DNA of 64,000 bases from an uncultured candidatus Brocadiaceae bacterium (GTDB lineage Bacteria; Planctomycetota; Brocadiia; SM23-32). Shown here piece after piece: positions 54,928 to 64,000 of this stretch; within the stretch, counting starts at the first letter, position 1, and the number at the start of each line of letters is the position of its first letter. The notes beneath the pieces were generated by a model. The model was given only the letters and a program-made list of their open reading frames with translations, was not told the origin of the DNA and made no database searches. The stretch spans positions 586 through 64,585 of the forward strand of contig CAZQEQ010000005.1 in assembly GCA_964592385.1 (NCBI GenBank). Direction: 5' to 3'. Made by a program: the position numbers and the translations under genes.

Positions 54928-55892
54928 GCGACGATTTCGACGCCTATTACGATGCGGAGTTGCGCCCGGCGCTGGAAAGCCTGGAGGAGCGCCGTCGCCA
55001 GGCGTCGCGCACCTGGCGGACGGTGGCTGGCGTGACGCTCGTGGTCGTGGTGGGCGCCCTGGTCGCGGCCGCAGCCCTTTCCTACTGGATCATCGCCGCC
55101 GTGGCCGTGGTCCTCGGCGCCGGCTGCTTGTTCGGCAGCCACGCGATTCTGTTCCACCCCGTCATCCGCGACGCCAAGCGCGAGATGATCGGTGCGCTGG
55201 CGCGGTTCGTTGACCCGAGCCTGCGTTACTCGCCGAAGGGCTGCATCACGCGGGCGCAGTTCCGGCGGAGCCGCCTGTTCTCGCACGGCGTTGACCGCTA
55301 CCGGGGCGAGGACCTTGTCCAGGGCAGGATCGGCTCGACGGACATCCGGTTCTCGGAGGTCCACGCCCAGTACAAGACGACCCACACCGACGGCAAAGGG
55401 CACACCCACACGAGCTGGCACACGATCTTCAAGGGCCTGTTCGTCATCGCGGACTTCAACAAGCATTTCCGCGGCGTGACCCGCGTCCTGCCGGACGTGG
55501 CGGAGCGCGCGCTCGGCTGGTTCGGCCAGAAGCTCCAGGGCGCGTTCGACGTGTTCGAGCGCGGGGAGCTGGTGAAGCTCGAGGACCCCGAGTTCGAGCG
55601 CGAGTTCGTCGTTTACGCCGACGACCAGGTGGAGGCGCGCTACATCCTGACGCCGGCCCTGATGCGGCGCCTGCTCGATTTCAAGCGCAGGGCGGGGCGG
55701 GACGTTTGCTTCTCCTTCGCCGGCTCCAGCGTGCACATCGCCATCTCGACCAGCAGGGACATGTTCGAGCCGGATGCGTCCCGCTCGTTCCTCGACCGGG
55801 CCGCGATGCTGGCGCACCTGCGCGACCTCCAGTTCGCCACGAGCGTGGTCAAGGAGCTGGACCTGAACACGCGCATCTGGACCAAAGAGTAG
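54924..55892 (+). CDS. DUF3137-like membrane protein
   Basis: ATGA overlap with LemA. Two TM helices are followed by a ~240-aa domain (DRYRGEDLVQGRIGSTDIRFSEVHAQ...FKGLFVIADFNK). The LemA-DUF3137 pairing is a known neighbourhood. Confidence 0.6.
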   Translation: MSDDFDAYYDAELRPALESLEERRRQASRTWRTVAGVTLVVVVGALVAAAALSYWIIAAVAVVLGAGCLFGSHAILFHPVIRDAKREMIGALARFVDPSLRYSPKGCITRAQFRRSRLFSHGVDRYRGEDLVQGRIGSTDIRFSEVHAQYKTTHTDGKGHTHTSWHTIFKGLFVIADFNKHFRGVTRVLPDVAERALGWFGQKLQGAFDVFERGELVKLEDPEFEREFVVYADDQVEARYILTPALMRRLLDFKRRAGRDVCFSFAGSSVHIAISTSRDMFEPDASRSFLDRAAMLAHLRDLQFATSVVKELDLNTRIWTKE

Positions 55893-55913
55893 CGCGGGCC
55901 TTGTTGCTTGTTG

Positions 55914-55941
55914 TCCGCCGTACGGCGGATTGCTCGTTCTC
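55914..55941 (+). terminator. weak terminator candidate after LemA-DUF3137
   Basis: TCCGCC-GTAC-GGCGGA hairpin (55914-55929) followed by the T-rich TTGCTCGTTCTCC. Confidence 0.3.
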
Positions 55942-56010
55942 CGCCATCGCCGTCCGCCGTTCACGTCTTGCTTCATACTCTTGCCTTCTGCCGTCGCCGT
56001 CCCGTTCGTC

Positions 56011-56039
56011 TTGACGGCCCGCGGGCGCGTCATTAGAAT
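56011..56039 (+). promoter_or_regulatory. sigma70-like promoter candidate for dnaE
   Basis: TTGACG (56011-56016), 17 nt spacer, TAGAAT (56034-56039). About 60 nt upstream of the ATG. Confidence 0.55.
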
Positions 56040-56099
56040 GGCGCGGGGGCGCCGGGGAGCGCCTCCGCACGCGCGGTTCGAACTGTCGATAAGGCGCCG

Positions 56100-59000
56100 A
56101 TGCCCGAGTTCTGCCACCTGCACGTCCACACCCAGTACAGCCTTCTGGACGGCGCCTGCCGCACCGGGCAGTTGGCCGAGAAAGCTGCGCGGCTCGGCAT
56201 GTCCGCCGTCGCCATGACGGACCACGGCAACATGTTCGGCGCCGTCGATTTCCACAAGACGATGCGCGCCCACGGGCTGAAGCCGATCATCGGCTACGAG
56301 GGCTACTTCACCACCGGGGACCGGCGCATCCGCGAGGGCGGCCCCAAGGGGCAGCAGCTCTATCACCTGACGCTGCTCGCGTCCGACGAGACCGGCTACC
56401 GCAACCTGGTGAAGCTCGCCAGCCTGGCCTACGTGGAGGGGCTCTACTACAAGCCCCGCGTGGACTGGGAGCTGCTCCAGGACTGCGCCGAGGGCCTGGT
56501 CTGCCTGAGCGGCTGCCTGCACAGCCGGCTCAACGACCTCCTGCTGGCCGACGGCGAGGAGGCGGCGCAGAAGTGGCTGGCGGACATGCAGGACCTGTTC
56601 GGCCGGGACCGGTTCTACGTCGAGCTTCAGGACCACGGCCTGCCGGACCAGCGCAGGGCGCTGCCGCTGGCGCTGGCCCTGGCCCGGCGGATGGGCATCC
56701 CCGTCGTTGCCACCAACGATTGCCACTACCTGGAGGCCGGGGACCGGGACTGGCACGACGTGCTGCTCTGCATCAACACGCGCTCCACGCTGGACGAGGA
56801 AGACCGGTTCCAGATGGAGACCGACCAGCTCTACTTCAAGAGTGCGGACGAGATGGCGCAGCTCTTCGGGGAGGCGCCGGAGGCCCTGGAGAACTCGCTG
56901 CGCATAGCGGAGATGTGCAGCGTCGAGCTGGACGACTCGCGCAAGTACCCCACGTTCCATCCCGAGGGAGAAGCGGCGGGAGGCAACGCGGCGCTGCTCC
57001 GCTCGCTGGCCACCGCCGGCCTCGAGGAGCGCTACGGCGAGGTCCCCGACGATGCGCGCGAGCGGCTCGACTACGAGCTCGGCGTCATCGAGCAGATGGG
57101 CTACGTGGACTACTTCCTGATCGTCTGGGACATCGTACGCTTCGCCCGGGAGCAGCGCATCCCCGTCGGCCTGCGCGGCAGCGGCGGCGGCAGCCTGGTC
57201 GTGCACGGCCTGAACATCACCGAGCTGAACCCGCTAGACTACGACCTGATCTTCACCCGCTTCATGGACCCCGAGCGCAAGGAAGCGCCGGACATCGACA
57301 TCGACCTGTGCGAGCTACGGCGCGACGAAGTCATCGACTACGTCCGGCAGCGCTACGGGTCGGAGAGCACGGCCCAGATCATCACGTTCGGGACGCTCCA
57401 GGCGCGCAACTGCGTGCGCGACGTCGGGCGCGTGCTCGGCGTGGACCTGAAGAAGGTGGACCGCATCGCCAAGCTCATACCGTTCGGCCAGTCCCTGGAC
57501 GAGGCCGTCGAGAACGTGTCGGAGCTGGCCGCAGAGGCGAAGCAGGACGAAGAGGTGGGGCGGATCCTCGACTATGCCCGCCGGCTCGAGGGCCTGCCAC
57601 GGCACGCCAGCACCCACGCCGCCGGGGTCGTCATCGCCGACAGGCCGCTCTGGGAGTTCATCCCCCTCTGCAAGAACAGCGCCGGCGAGATCATGACCCA
57701 GTGGGCCATGGACGACCTGGCCGCCGTCGGCATGTTGAAGATGGACTTCCTGGGGCTGCGCACCCTGACCATCATCGACAAGACCCTCCAGATCATCCGC
57801 GAGAGCGGCAAGGAGCCGCCTGTCCTCGACGTCGGCGAGATGGACACCGCCGACCAGCACACCTACGAACTGGTGACGCGCGGCCTGACCAAGGGCGTCT
57901 TCCAGCTCGGCAGTGCGGGGATGCAGCGGCTGTTGAAGCGGCTCAGGCCGAGCAGCATCGAGGACCTGATCGCCGCCGTGGCCCTATACCGTCCGGGACC
58001 GCTCCAGAGCGGCATGGTGGAAGACTTCGTCAACCGCCGCCACGGGCACCAGGCGGTCGAGTACCCCCATCCCGCGTTCAAGCCGATCCTGGAGCCCACC
58101 TACGGGGTCATCCTCTACCAGGAACAGATCATGCGCATCGTCAACACGATCGCCGGCATGAGCATGTCGAACGCCCTGACGATGATCAAGGCCATTGGCA
58201 AGAAGGACGAGAGCATCATCGAGAGGCGGCACCAGGACTTCGTCGACGGCGCCGTGGCCAACGGCGTCGAGCGGGACACGGCGGAGGAGATATTCGGGCT
58301 CATCCGCCACTTCGCCGGCTACGGCTTCAACAAGGCGCACGCCAGCGCCTACGCCTTCATCGCGTTCATGACGGCCTTCCTGAAGGCCCACCACCCGACC
58401 GAGTTCATGGCCGCCAGCATCTCGTGCGAGATGGGCGACACGGACAAGGTCGTCGAGCTGATGGAGGAGTGCCGCCTGCTCGGCATCGAAGTGCTCCCGC
58501 CGGACATCAACGAGAGCCGGGGCGAGTTCACGCCGCTGGCGGCGGGCGACCTGCGGTTCGGCCTGGGGGCGGTCAAGAACGTGGGGACAAGGGCGGCCGA
58601 GTGCGTCGTGGCCGCGCGCGACGCGGGCGGGCCATTCAAGAGCCTGTTCGAGTTCTGCGAGCGCGTTGACCCCCACGAGGTCAGCAAGGGCGCGCTGGAG
58701 GCCCTGATGAAGGCCGGCTGCTTCGACGCGCTGCCCGGCACAAGGGCCCAGCAATTGGCCATGCTCGACACCGCCGTCAAGGTGGGGAGCCGCGCCCGCA
58801 AGAACCGCATGCTCGGGCAGAAGTCGCTCTTCGGCGCCGTCCAGGAGGAGGACGCCGGCAAGCGCATGGAGGCCAACCTGCCCGACGTCCCGCCCCTGAG
58901 CCCGCAGGACCTGGCCCAGCAGGAGAAGGAGGCGCTCGGCGTCTACGTCCGCTACGACCCCCTGGTGAGGCATCGGCCCAGGCTCAGGCGCTTCTGCACG

Positions 59001-59564
59001 GCCTTCGCCGACGAGCTGGCCGCCCTCCCGGACGGCAGCGAGGTCGTCATGGGCGGCATGGTCGAGAAGGTCAGGCGCCGCAGCACGCGCGCCAGGGATC
59101 CCATGGCCGTCCTGAAGGTGCTGGACGCCCGAAACACCTTCGAGTGCGTGCTCTTCCCGCGCGCTTATGAGAAGCACAGGGAGCACGTCGTCGAGGGCCA
59201 GGTGCTGTTCTTCACCGGGCGCGTCAGCCACGTGCGGGGCACCTCGGTGCAGGTGGACGAGGTGCTGTCGTTTGAGAAGGTGACCGACCGGCGCGCCAAG
59301 GGGATACTCCTCAGCATCCCCTGTGACGGGGCGGAGAGCGACCTCTGGCCCGCCCTCGGGGGCATCCTCAGCCGGCACGGCGGGCGGGTCCCCGTGTACG
59401 TTGACCTGCGCAGCGACGGGTTCCGGCTGCGCGCGCGCGTCGGCAACGCGCTCATGGTGGACGCGTCCGAAGGTCTGGCCGAGGAGATCGAGGAACTGGC
59501 CGGCGTGGAGCGGGTGCAGTTCGCCATCGAGCAGGGCGACGGGCGACGGGGGGGCGGGACATGA
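56100..59564 (+). CDS. dnaE: DNA polymerase III subunit alpha
   Basis: 1154 aa. PHP-domain N-terminus MPEFCHLHVHTQYSLLDGA. The polymerase core motifs (GLLKMDFLGL-type: GMLKMDFLGLRTL) and an OB-fold C-terminus are present. Confidence 0.95.
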   Translation: MPEFCHLHVHTQYSLLDGACRTGQLAEKAARLGMSAVAMTDHGNMFGAVDFHKTMRAHGLKPIIGYEGYFTTGDRRIREGGPKGQQLYHLTLLASDETGYRNLVKLASLAYVEGLYYKPRVDWELLQDCAEGLVCLSGCLHSRLNDLLLADGEEAAQKWLADMQDLFGRDRFYVELQDHGLPDQRRALPLALALARRMGIPVVATNDCHYLEAGDRDWHDVLLCINTRSTLDEEDRFQMETDQLYFKSADEMAQLFGEAPEALENSLRIAEMCSVELDDSRKYPTFHPEGEAAGGNAALLRSLATAGLEERYGEVPDDARERLDYELGVIEQMGYVDYFLIVWDIVRFAREQRIPVGLRGSGGGSLVVHGLNITELNPLDYDLIFTRFMDPERKEAPDIDIDLCELRRDEVIDYVRQRYGSESTAQIITFGTLQARNCVRDVGRVLGVDLKKVDRIAKLIPFGQSLDEAVENVSELAAEAKQDEEVGRILDYARRLEGLPRHASTHAAGVVIADRPLWEFIPLCKNSAGEIMTQWAMDDLAAVGMLKMDFLGLRTLTIIDKTLQIIRESGKEPPVLDVGEMDTADQHTYELVTRGLTKGVFQLGSAGMQRLLKRLRPSSIEDLIAAVALYRPGPLQSGMVEDFVNRRHGHQAVEYPHPAFKPILEPTYGVILYQEQIMRIVNTIAGMSMSNALTMIKAIGKKDESIIERRHQDFVDGAVANGVERDTAEEIFGLIRHFAGYGFNKAHASAYAFIAFMTAFLKAHHPTEFMAASISCEMGDTDKVVELMEECRLLGIEVLPPDINESRGEFTPLAAGDLRFGLGAVKNVGTRAAECVVAARDAGGPFKSLFEFCERVDPHEVSKGALEALMKAGCFDALPGTRAQQLAMLDTAVKVGSRARKNRMLGQKSLFGAVQEEDAGKRMEANLPDVPPLSPQDLAQQEKEALGVYVRYDPLVRHRPRLRRFCTAFADELAALPDGSEVVMGGMVEKVRRRSTRARDPMAVLKVLDARNTFECVLFPRAYEKHREHVVEGQVLFFTGRVSHVRGTSVQVDEVLSFEKVTDRRAKGILLSIPCDGAESDLWPALGGILSRHGGRVPVYVDLRSDGFRLRARVGNALMVDASEGLAEEIEELAGVERVQFAIEQGDGRRGGGT

Positions 59565-60034
59565 GAATCCTGGGCATTGACCCCGGCACGCGGCTCTGCG
59601 GCTACGGGGTCATCGAGACCGACGGCCATGAATCGAGGGCCGTGGCGTTCGGCGTGCTCCAGAGCCGGGATTCCTCCCTGCCGGCCCGCCTGAGCGTGAT
59701 CTACGAGGGGCTGGTCAAGGTCATCGAGGAACTGGAGCCGGACCTGGCGGCCGTCGAGGGCGCCTTCTTCGGCAAGGACGTCCGGGCGGCCCTCAAGATC
59801 GGCGAGGGGCGGGGTGTCGCCGTGCTGGCCGCCGCGTCGCGCGGCGTCGAGGTCGTCGAGTACTCACCCGCCGAGGTGAAGAAGTCGGTCGTCGGGACGG
59901 GGCGCGCGCACAAGTCCCAGGTGCAGCAGATGGTGCGGATGCTCCTGCGTCTGCCGGACGAGCCGCTGCCCGAGGACGCGGCGGACGCCCTGGCGATAGC
60001 CATCTGCCACTCGCACCGCATGGGGTCGGGGTAG
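59561..60034 (+). CDS. ruvC: crossover junction endodeoxyribonuclease RuvC
   Basis: MRILGIDPGTRLCGYGVIE..., and the acidic catalytic residues are present (the C-terminal part carries ...PEDAADALAIAICH). ATGA overlap with the dnaE stop. Confidence 0.9.
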   Translation: MRILGIDPGTRLCGYGVIETDGHESRAVAFGVLQSRDSSLPARLSVIYEGLVKVIEELEPDLAAVEGAFFGKDVRAALKIGEGRGVAVLAAASRGVEVVEYSPAEVKKSVVGTGRAHKSQVQQMVRMLLRLPDEPLPEDAADALAIAICHSHRMGSG

Positions 60035-60077
60035 CGCCGTTGCCATCGAGGCACGCGTCCGGTCGCTCCCTCCCCCT

Positions 60078-60124
60078 CGCCCCTCCCGGAGGGAGGGGCG
60101 AATCCCTCTCCCGTCGGGAGAGGG
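60078..60124. repeat. twin perfect GC hairpins (REP-like), probable bidirectional terminator
   Basis: CGCCCCTCCC-GGA-GGGAGGGGCG (60078-60100) and CCCTCTCCC-GTC-GGGAGAGGG (60104-60124), followed by TCAGGGTGAGGGG. They lie between convergent gene ends. Confidence 0.7.
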
Positions 60125-60184
60125 TCAGGGTGAGGGGCCCGAGAACCTGAGAACGCTTTCGCGACTCCTCCCAGGGCGCCCGTG

Positions 60185-60469
60185 CTACTCCGCCTCTTCG
60201 CCCGGCTCGTCGGCGTCGTCGGGCGGCACGGGGCCTTCGGTGCGGTGGCTGATGAAGGCTACCACTTCGTCGATGCCCTCTTTGCCGAGCTGGCCCATCA
60301 GCTCCCCGACCAGCTCCGGCTCGCCCCGGACGGTGTAGAGGATGATATCGCCGCGCCGGAACGCCTGGATGCCCGGGACGATGTCTCCCGCGCCGTAGAG
60401 GGGGACCAACGAGCCCCCGACGGGCCGGTCGACGTCGTCGTTGCCGTTGTCTCTGGGTTCCGGCGCCAT
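60185..60469 (-). CDS. small hypothetical protein with acidic C-terminal tail
   Basis: ORF 60185..60502 with ATG 60469 as the preferred start. GDIILYTVRGEPELVGELMGQLGKEGIDEVVAFISH looks like a folded protein. I recognise no family and the RBS is weak. Confidence 0.4.
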   Translation of the reverse strand: MAPEPRDNGNDDVDRPVGGSLVPLYGAGDIVPGIQAFRRGDIILYTVRGEPELVGELMGQLGKEGIDEVVAFISHRTEGPVPPDDADEPGEEAE

Positions 60470-60598
60470 GTGTGCTCTTTCAGCACCCCGGTCAGAGGCC
60501 ACCGTGCAGCGGCAGGAGGATTTGGCGAGTATGACTCCGCAAACCCTGGATTATACCCGCCGCCCGCTTGACTCGCAAGGCGTTCCGTGCGAGCATGA

Positions 60599-61900
<1,302 letters not shown>

Positions 61901-61930
61901 AGCTGGGGACGCCGCTGGCGGGCGACGCGG

Positions 61931-61964
61931 GGCGTGCCCACGCCCAGGCCGGCAGGATGCCGGC
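61931..61964. repeat. GGCA-loop-TGCC hairpin module (short copy)
   Basis: GGCGTG-CC-CACGCC followed by GCCGGCA-GGA-TGCCGGC. It matches 63126-63169 apart from a deletion of the first loop. Confidence 0.65.
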
Positions 61965-62131
61965 GCCACCGGCACACACTACAAGACCGCTCCGGCCGGC
62001 TTGACGGCCCCCGCCGTTCTGTTGCCGCGCGGGGCCCGCAAGGGGATAATACGTATCCTTGGCGTGGGGCGGAGCGGACGGGCCGGCCCGCGGAACATTC
62101 AACGCACCCGGGCACCGGGTGGAGGACTGCA

Positions 62132-63022
62132 ATGGCGAAGTCTGTGCTTGTGACGGGCGGCGCGGGCCGGCTGGGCTCCGCGGTCGTCCGGGTTCTGTGC
62201 GAGGCCGGGTTCAGCGTCCGCGCCGTTGACCTCAGGTGGCGCCGCGACCTGCCCGTGCCGGTCGAGGCGGCGGACCTGCGCGACGCCGTCTCCGTCTATC
62301 GCTTCCTGGACGGGTGCGAGGCCGTCGTGCACCTGGCCAACCATCCGGGCCCCCGCTCCGGCATCCCGCCGCAGCAGCTTTACTGCGACAACGTCGCGGC
62401 GGACATGAACGTCTTCCAGGCGGCGGCGGACGTCGGCGCGGGCCAACTGGTCTTCGCCAGCTCCGTGCAGGCGTTCTGCGGCACGCGCCAGGGCGAGGAG
62501 GGCATCGGCCAGCCGAGCTCCCTGCCGTACCTGCCCCTGGACGGGGAGGTGCCGGCGTGCCCGGGCAACGAGTACGGGCTGAGCAAGGAGGCCGGCGAGG
62601 CGCAGTTGCGCTGCTTCGCGCGGACCGGCCAGTGCCCCTCGTGCGCCGCCGTCCGCTTCCCGCTGCTGATGATGCGCGAGTGGCTGCGCTACTTCCGCCA
62701 CCGTCACCGGGGCCGGCGCCGCCACCTGGAGAACCTGGACGAGGCGTTCGCCTACCTGGCTGTCAACGACGCGGCGCTGCTCGTCCTGCGCATCCTGGAG
62801 AGGCCGCAGCCCGGCTATCACCAGCTCCTCCCGGCAGCGCCCGACCCCCAGACGGACATGCCCATCCCGGAGATCATCGGCACGTTCTACCCGGACGTCC
62901 CCCTGAAGGTCCCCGCCGAGCAGATGGAGAGCCTGGTGGACATCTCCGGGCTCGAACGCGACCTCGGGTGGGTCCCGCAGGAGGTGGGGCTCCTCGGCCG
63001 CGACGATGAAGGCAAGGAGTGA
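62132..63022 (+). CDS. NAD-dependent epimerase/dehydratase family protein
   Basis: Start ATG 62132 (GGAGG 6 nt upstream). VLVTGGAGRLGSAVV Rossmann motif. YGLSKEAGE (YxxxK). Confidence 0.8.
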   Translation: MAKSVLVTGGAGRLGSAVVRVLCEAGFSVRAVDLRWRRDLPVPVEAADLRDAVSVYRFLDGCEAVVHLANHPGPRSGIPPQQLYCDNVAADMNVFQAAADVGAGQLVFASSVQAFCGTRQGEEGIGQPSSLPYLPLDGEVPACPGNEYGLSKEAGEAQLRCFARTGQCPSCAAVRFPLLMMREWLRYFRHRHRGRRRHLENLDEAFAYLAVNDAALLVLRILERPQPGYHQLLPAAPDPQTDMPIPEIIGTFYPDVPLKVPAEQMESLVDISGLERDLGWVPQEVGLLGRDDEGKE

Positions 63023-63073
63023 CGCACCCCGGCCCGGTTACGGGCCGGCGCGCCCCTGGGAATGCCTCGTAGC

Positions 63074-63169
63074 GCCGCCTTCCAGGCGGCTTAGCTGCGG
63101 GCATCCTGCCCGCAGCTGTACGTCAGGCGTGGGCAAGATGCCCACGCCCAGGCCGGCAGGGATGCCGGC
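63074..63169. repeat. array of four tandem perfect GC hairpins
   Basis: GCCGCCT-TCC-AGGCGGC (63074-63090); AGCTGCGGGCA-TCC-TGCCCGCAGCT (63093-63117); GGCGTGGGCA-AGA-TGCCCACGCC (63126-63148); GCCGGCA-GGGA-TGCCGGC (63152-63169). The array lies between convergent gene ends. Confidence 0.75.
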
Positions 63170-63206
63170 GCTACCCCCCAGGCGACCCGGCGGCCCCCGG
63201 CAGGAC

Positions 63207-63842
63207 TCAGCGAAACAGGCGCCTGTAAAGGCGGAGGTCTTCCGGCCGGATTCCCTGCTCGCGGGCGTACTGCGTCGAGCAGAGGAAGCACTTGGCCTTC
63301 GTCCTGGCCCACGAAACGAACACCATAAGTGAGGCGGCGCCCAGCAGAGCGGACCAAAGCACAGACAACACGCTCAACCCGATGATAGCACCGCATAGCA
63401 GTCCCATCAGGCTACCGGTGAGCGCCCCCCAGCGTCTCACCGTGGTCTTTTCTTTGTCCGTCAGATGCTCGCAGATGTCTCTGACTTGCTCGGATCCGAG
63501 CGGTGCCCAGAACTCCCCCCTACCCTTGGTGAGACGGTGCACGACCAGGAATACGAGCCCGTTGACGAACCAGGGCGACGCCAGGCCAAGGCCAATGAGC
63601 GCCGACAGCTTGAGCGTGACCAGGAAACCAATAGCTGAGGGCCCCAGGCAGTTCGATAGCCAAAAGATCGGGGCCAACAGGATAAAGCTGCCAGCACCCG
63701 CCAGCAGGAAAACGACCACGCCGATCCAGAGGAACCAGCGCCCCCACTTCCGCGGCCCGGCGGCGAGGACCCGGTCAACCCAGCGCATCCGCCCCTGACC
63801 GGCGGCTTCCTCCATAGCCTTCCCGTCTTGCTCATTGCTCAT
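63207..63842 (-). CDS. hypothetical integral membrane protein
   Basis: 211 aa with four or more hydrophobic segments (WFLWIGVVVFLLAGAGSFILLAPIFWL, etc.). GGAGGG RBS 6 nt upstream. I recognise no family. Confidence 0.55.
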   Translation of the reverse strand: MSNEQDGKAMEEAAGQGRMRWVDRVLAAGPRKWGRWFLWIGVVVFLLAGAGSFILLAPIFWLSNCLGPSAIGFLVTLKLSALIGLGLASPWFVNGLVFLVVHRLTKGRGEFWAPLGSEQVRDICEHLTDKEKTTVRRWGALTGSLMGLLCGAIIGLSVLSVLWSALLGAASLMVFVSWARTKAKCFLCSTQYAREQGIRPEDLRLYRRLFR

Positions 63843-63930
63843 AGCGCGCCCTCCGTTGCCGCCGGGAGCCCGTAGTCATATCCAGATCCCTCGTGCGCCA
63901 CGTGGCGGACTCGGGATGACAACTCCTGGC

Positions 63931-64000
63931 GCTACAGCCCCGCCGAGGCGAGCAGGCGGTCAATGACCTCCATGGTCCGCACGGCGTCGTCGGCCGGGAA
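63931..64000 (-). CDS. C-terminal end of an unidentified gene running off the right edge
   Basis: The minus frame reads ...FPADDAVRTMEVIDRLLASAGL and then a TAG stop (63933-63931). Too short to identify. Confidence 0.3.

Overview
GC-rich bacterial chromosomal segment. The gene content looks Planctomycetota/PVC-like (DUF1570-type peptidase, several Gfo/Idh/MocA and xylose-isomerase-like TIM genes, giant secreted glycoside hydrolases, PQQ-propeller protein), but that taxonomy is inference only. All family calls come from motifs I recognise by eye; no search was run.

I call about 43 protein genes and one tRNA-Val(CAC). I see no rRNA, CRISPR array, transposase or integrase.

Layout:
- 1-5.1 kb: minus-strand sugar-isomerase/oxidoreductase/CocE-NonD operon.
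- 5.3-10.2 kb: four-gene ABC / ABC-2 / GldG-like / DUF4340-PPIase operon. All junctions are ATGA overlaps.
- 10.5-13.8 kb: 1116-aa secreted double PQQ-propeller with an embedded methyltransferase-like domain.
- 14-36 kb: carbohydrate island. It holds three large secreted clan GH-A-type hydrolases, a GH94 phosphorylase, an OprO/P-type porin, a second beta-barrel protein, two coupled lipoprotein hydrolases, a LolA-like/TlpA fusion and a 1705-aa GH2-like giant.
- 36.6-41.4 kb: gatB, a B12/radical-SAM protein and a GHMP-kinase-like protein.
- 41.5-50.4 kb: second carbohydrate cluster.
- 50.5-64 kb: mostly housekeeping genes (tRNA-Val, folD, dnaE-ruvC, ahcY), plus NYN/OST-HTH and LemA-DUF3137.

The most unusual signals are non-coding:
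- A repeat family built from ACGGA/TCCGT pentamers phased about 10 nt apart, with three copies at 16.7, 17.8 and 20.9 kb. Two copies form a perfect 53-bp inverted repeat around a two-gene membrane-protein cassette.
- Several families of GC-rich perfect hairpins sitting at gene ends.

I did not find a recognisable defence, secretion or mobile system. Most long ORFs antisense to the genes below are GC-driven shadow ORFs.
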